Shown in pieces: positions 61,765-64,000 of a stretch of DNA of 64,000 bases. The DNA comes from Octopus vulgaris (taxonomy: Eukaryota): NCBI GenBank assembly GCA_951406725.2, contig OX597815.1, positions 40,734,001-40,798,000 of the forward strand, given 5' to 3'. The translations under genes and the position numbers were made by a program. The notes below the pieces were generated by a model. The model was given only the letters and a program-made list of their open reading frames with translations, was not told the DNA's origin and made no database searches. Numbering within the stretch: position 1 is the stretch's first letter; the number at the start of each line of letters is the position of its first letter.

Positions 61765-62305
61765 AAAATGCAAATTATCTTATGGTTTGCAATACTAACT
61801 TCAGGAAACCTGCCAGTCACCTGGTCACCCACCTTTCTGGCAGACACACTAGCCAAATTGACTACATCCTCACCAGAAAAAGGGAAAGATGGCTGCTTAT
61901 AAATGCCAAAACCTTCTCAGAATGTACCCCACAACATAGACTGGTAGTTAGTGACTTCAGAATCAGGGCTAAGTGGATGCCCAGAAGATAGCCAGCATGG
62001 AGGAGAAGGGTTTGGAAGCTTAAAGATCCTGCGAATAGACAGAGATTTAGAGACATATTACTCAAAGTCTTTGATGAAATAGAAGCGGATATAGCTTCAC
62101 ATGATGTAGAAGACAACTGGAGGTTTCTACGGGACAACCTGCTGAGGGCCACTGACCAGATCTATGGATGGTGCAAAGTCCCCTCTCAACCCAAAATAAC
62201 ATGGTGGTGGAACAATGTTGTTGACAGGGCTATTAGAGAAAAGAAACAGGCTTGGAAGGACTGGAAGAATGGTGGTAGCAGGGAATTGTATCAGACTGCC
62301 AGAAG
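61765..62305 (+). mobile_element. RTE LINE fragment (end of apurinic endonuclease domain and linker)
   Basis: MVCNTNFRKPASHLVTH.SGRHTSQIDYIL...ECTPQHRLVVSDF, then a downstream TWWWNNVVDRAIREKKQAWK. Confidence 0.85.
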
Positions 62306-63004
62306 TCCTATTGATAATTATCAATAGGACTTTTTGAAATTGGCTAGAATGTAACGAAGTAAGTTGTCCTTTTATATGTTGCTGTCATTGTGTCTTGTTG
62401 TGAAACATCCTGATGAGGGGAGTATCTGTCTCATTAAGAATGCAAAATTTATATTGGCCCGTCAAGGGAACATTTTCTTTGTGTATTAGTATGTCATGTT
62501 AATGTTGTGTAATTCCAAATTTTCCACCGGACTCTGTGTAGTAACTCTCCTAACCCTGAGAGAGACTTGTATCATATATCTTATCGTGTGAACTATTAAT
62601 TCAATAAGTCTTACATTATGTTGATGGTTTATATTTTGCCTGTGTATTTTAGCAAATTCACAAGCTAAACGTCTTTCCTTGCTCCCATTTACAAGGTGGC
62701 ACAACTCTCCCAAGGTGGCTCAACTCTCCTAATCCTGCGAGAGACTTGTATCATTTGACAAATTTTTTAAAACTGAGTACTACTTTGAAATGTAATCACC
62801 TTGAATATCATAACCCACACTGTATTATAACATAGTAGCTAAACTTCAAATGACAAGAAGTTCTCCACCCAACAATGCAGATTTTGAGAAATATGGCCCA
62901 TTATAAAAAAAATAGCTCAACTCACCTGGATCTCCCCTATAGATATTTATGTGTATGTGTGTGTGTGTATTAAACTGATAAAAGTTTGCAGTTTTATCTC
63001 TATA

Positions 63005-63398
63005 CTAGCAGTATCGCCCGGCGTTGCTCGGGTTGTAAGGGAAATAACTATATAAGCATTTTTAGAGAGTTATAGCAGAAAAATAGCAAAAAAATGCATT
63101 AAAAATTGAAAAAAATTAAGGTAAATTTTTTTTTAAATCGTTGACACATCGTAGATATTTTTAGAGAGTTACTTCCCTTATATAAAAGCGAAAAAAATGC
63201 ATTAAAATGGAAAAATATGATGGTAAATTTTTTAAAAATCGTAGACTCATCGTAGATGCGCGCTAATACCCAGAAGGGCTCGATATGAATCACGACTATA
63301 AGATACCCGCTTTTGGTTAAACTGCACCGCAAAATGTGGGAGTAGTTACGAATCTAAATCGTAGGAGACAGACACACAACTTCACTCTTATATAAAGA
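63005..63398 (-). mobile_element. Complete non-autonomous Helitron, 394 bp
   Basis: On the minus strand: A|TCTTTATATAAGAG... 5' end; 3' hairpin CCCGAGCAACGCCGGG, short spacer and CTAG|T; inserted in an A-T dinucleotide with no TSD; two internal subrepeats. Confidence 0.85.
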
Positions 63399-63399
63399 T

Positions 63400-63723
63400 G
63401 CTTTTTTTTTCAGTCATAGAGTTAGATTTATGAAGGTCTTCAGTAGAAAATCCTTCAAATTCTGACTCGCTGCTTGATATAATGAAATTCGTATCCGTTT
63501 TTTGTCAGAATTACAAATTTTGAAAACACAATAGGAACAAATTTCGGAAAAAAATCTCCCATAATTCACGGAATTAAAATTACACTTCGATTTTTGTACA
63601 AAACTGTATTTGAAGTGTTTACGAAGTATAATACGTGTTTTCACGAATGTACTAAAGAGATTTACTCTGATATTCTCATTTAAATATGAATAGGTAAATT
63701 CGGGCGGTTTGGTAACGAAAGGG
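63400..63723. mobile_element. piggyBac-type MITE, right end only
   Basis: Ends TTGGTAACGAAAGGG, identical to the right TIR region of 40039-40258; left end not found. Confidence 0.5.
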
Positions 63724-64000
63724 TTTATATAAGTGTCGTCTGTTTATACATAAACACTGTTTCATACTTTCAGTTTAGTCTTCCTCAAATCACTCTGTCA
63801 CTATTTACTCTCTTCCAAGAACATTTTCACTCACTCTTATCTGTTAGCTTGCCATACATTTTACTCATGTATCTATCAGCGTGATAGAAACAAATATTAC
63901 ATCTAGTTTCACTTTATCCGTTGCACACTGTGTGTGTGCATTTGCGTGTGTTGTAAACCAGACTAAGAAAAGCATTTGACATACACACCAGAATGTGAGT

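Noticed and set aside
62410-62440. CTGATGAGGGGAG hammerhead 5' core
   Set aside because: No complementary stem II or GAAA found downstream.

Overview
Very AT-rich, repeat-dense animal DNA. The SINE families, RTE tails ending in (GAT)n, and long (TA)n/(GA)n runs suggest an octopus or other coleoid genome (inference). The window holds one protein-coding gene: a minus-strand, multi-exon inhibitor-of-apoptosis (IAP/BIRC) gene. I reconstructed six coding exons by hand (39527-38519, 35417-35236, 31898-31796, 29493-29359, 28316-28179, 18865-18675). All introns are GT-AG with matching phases; the CDS is 1758 nt, giving 585 aa. The domain order is a shortened BIR-like repeat, three canonical BIRs, a UBA and a C-terminal RING, with no CARD. 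A candidate non-coding first exon and promoter (TATA, two kappaB-like sites, CRE, GC boxes, DRE) lies at about 55.35-56.1 kb. The rest is mostly transposon debris: RTE, CR1/L2, R4-like and I/Jockey-like LINE fragments, SINEs, Tc1/mariner, hAT, piggyBac-type MITEs, Helitrons, a Chapaev3-like fragment and Penelope-like sequence. The most notable non-coding structures are an intact-looking type I hammerhead ribozyme (1583-1686), four fold-back palindromes associated with (TA)n (one a 3.3 kb inverted duplication in the last IAP intron), a head-to-tail Helitron junction, and an internal splice donor predicted to give a RING-less IAP isoform. I see no clear new multi-gene system. Most ORF-track entries are microsatellite artefacts. 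Repeat boundaries are approximate unless a TIR or TSD is quoted.
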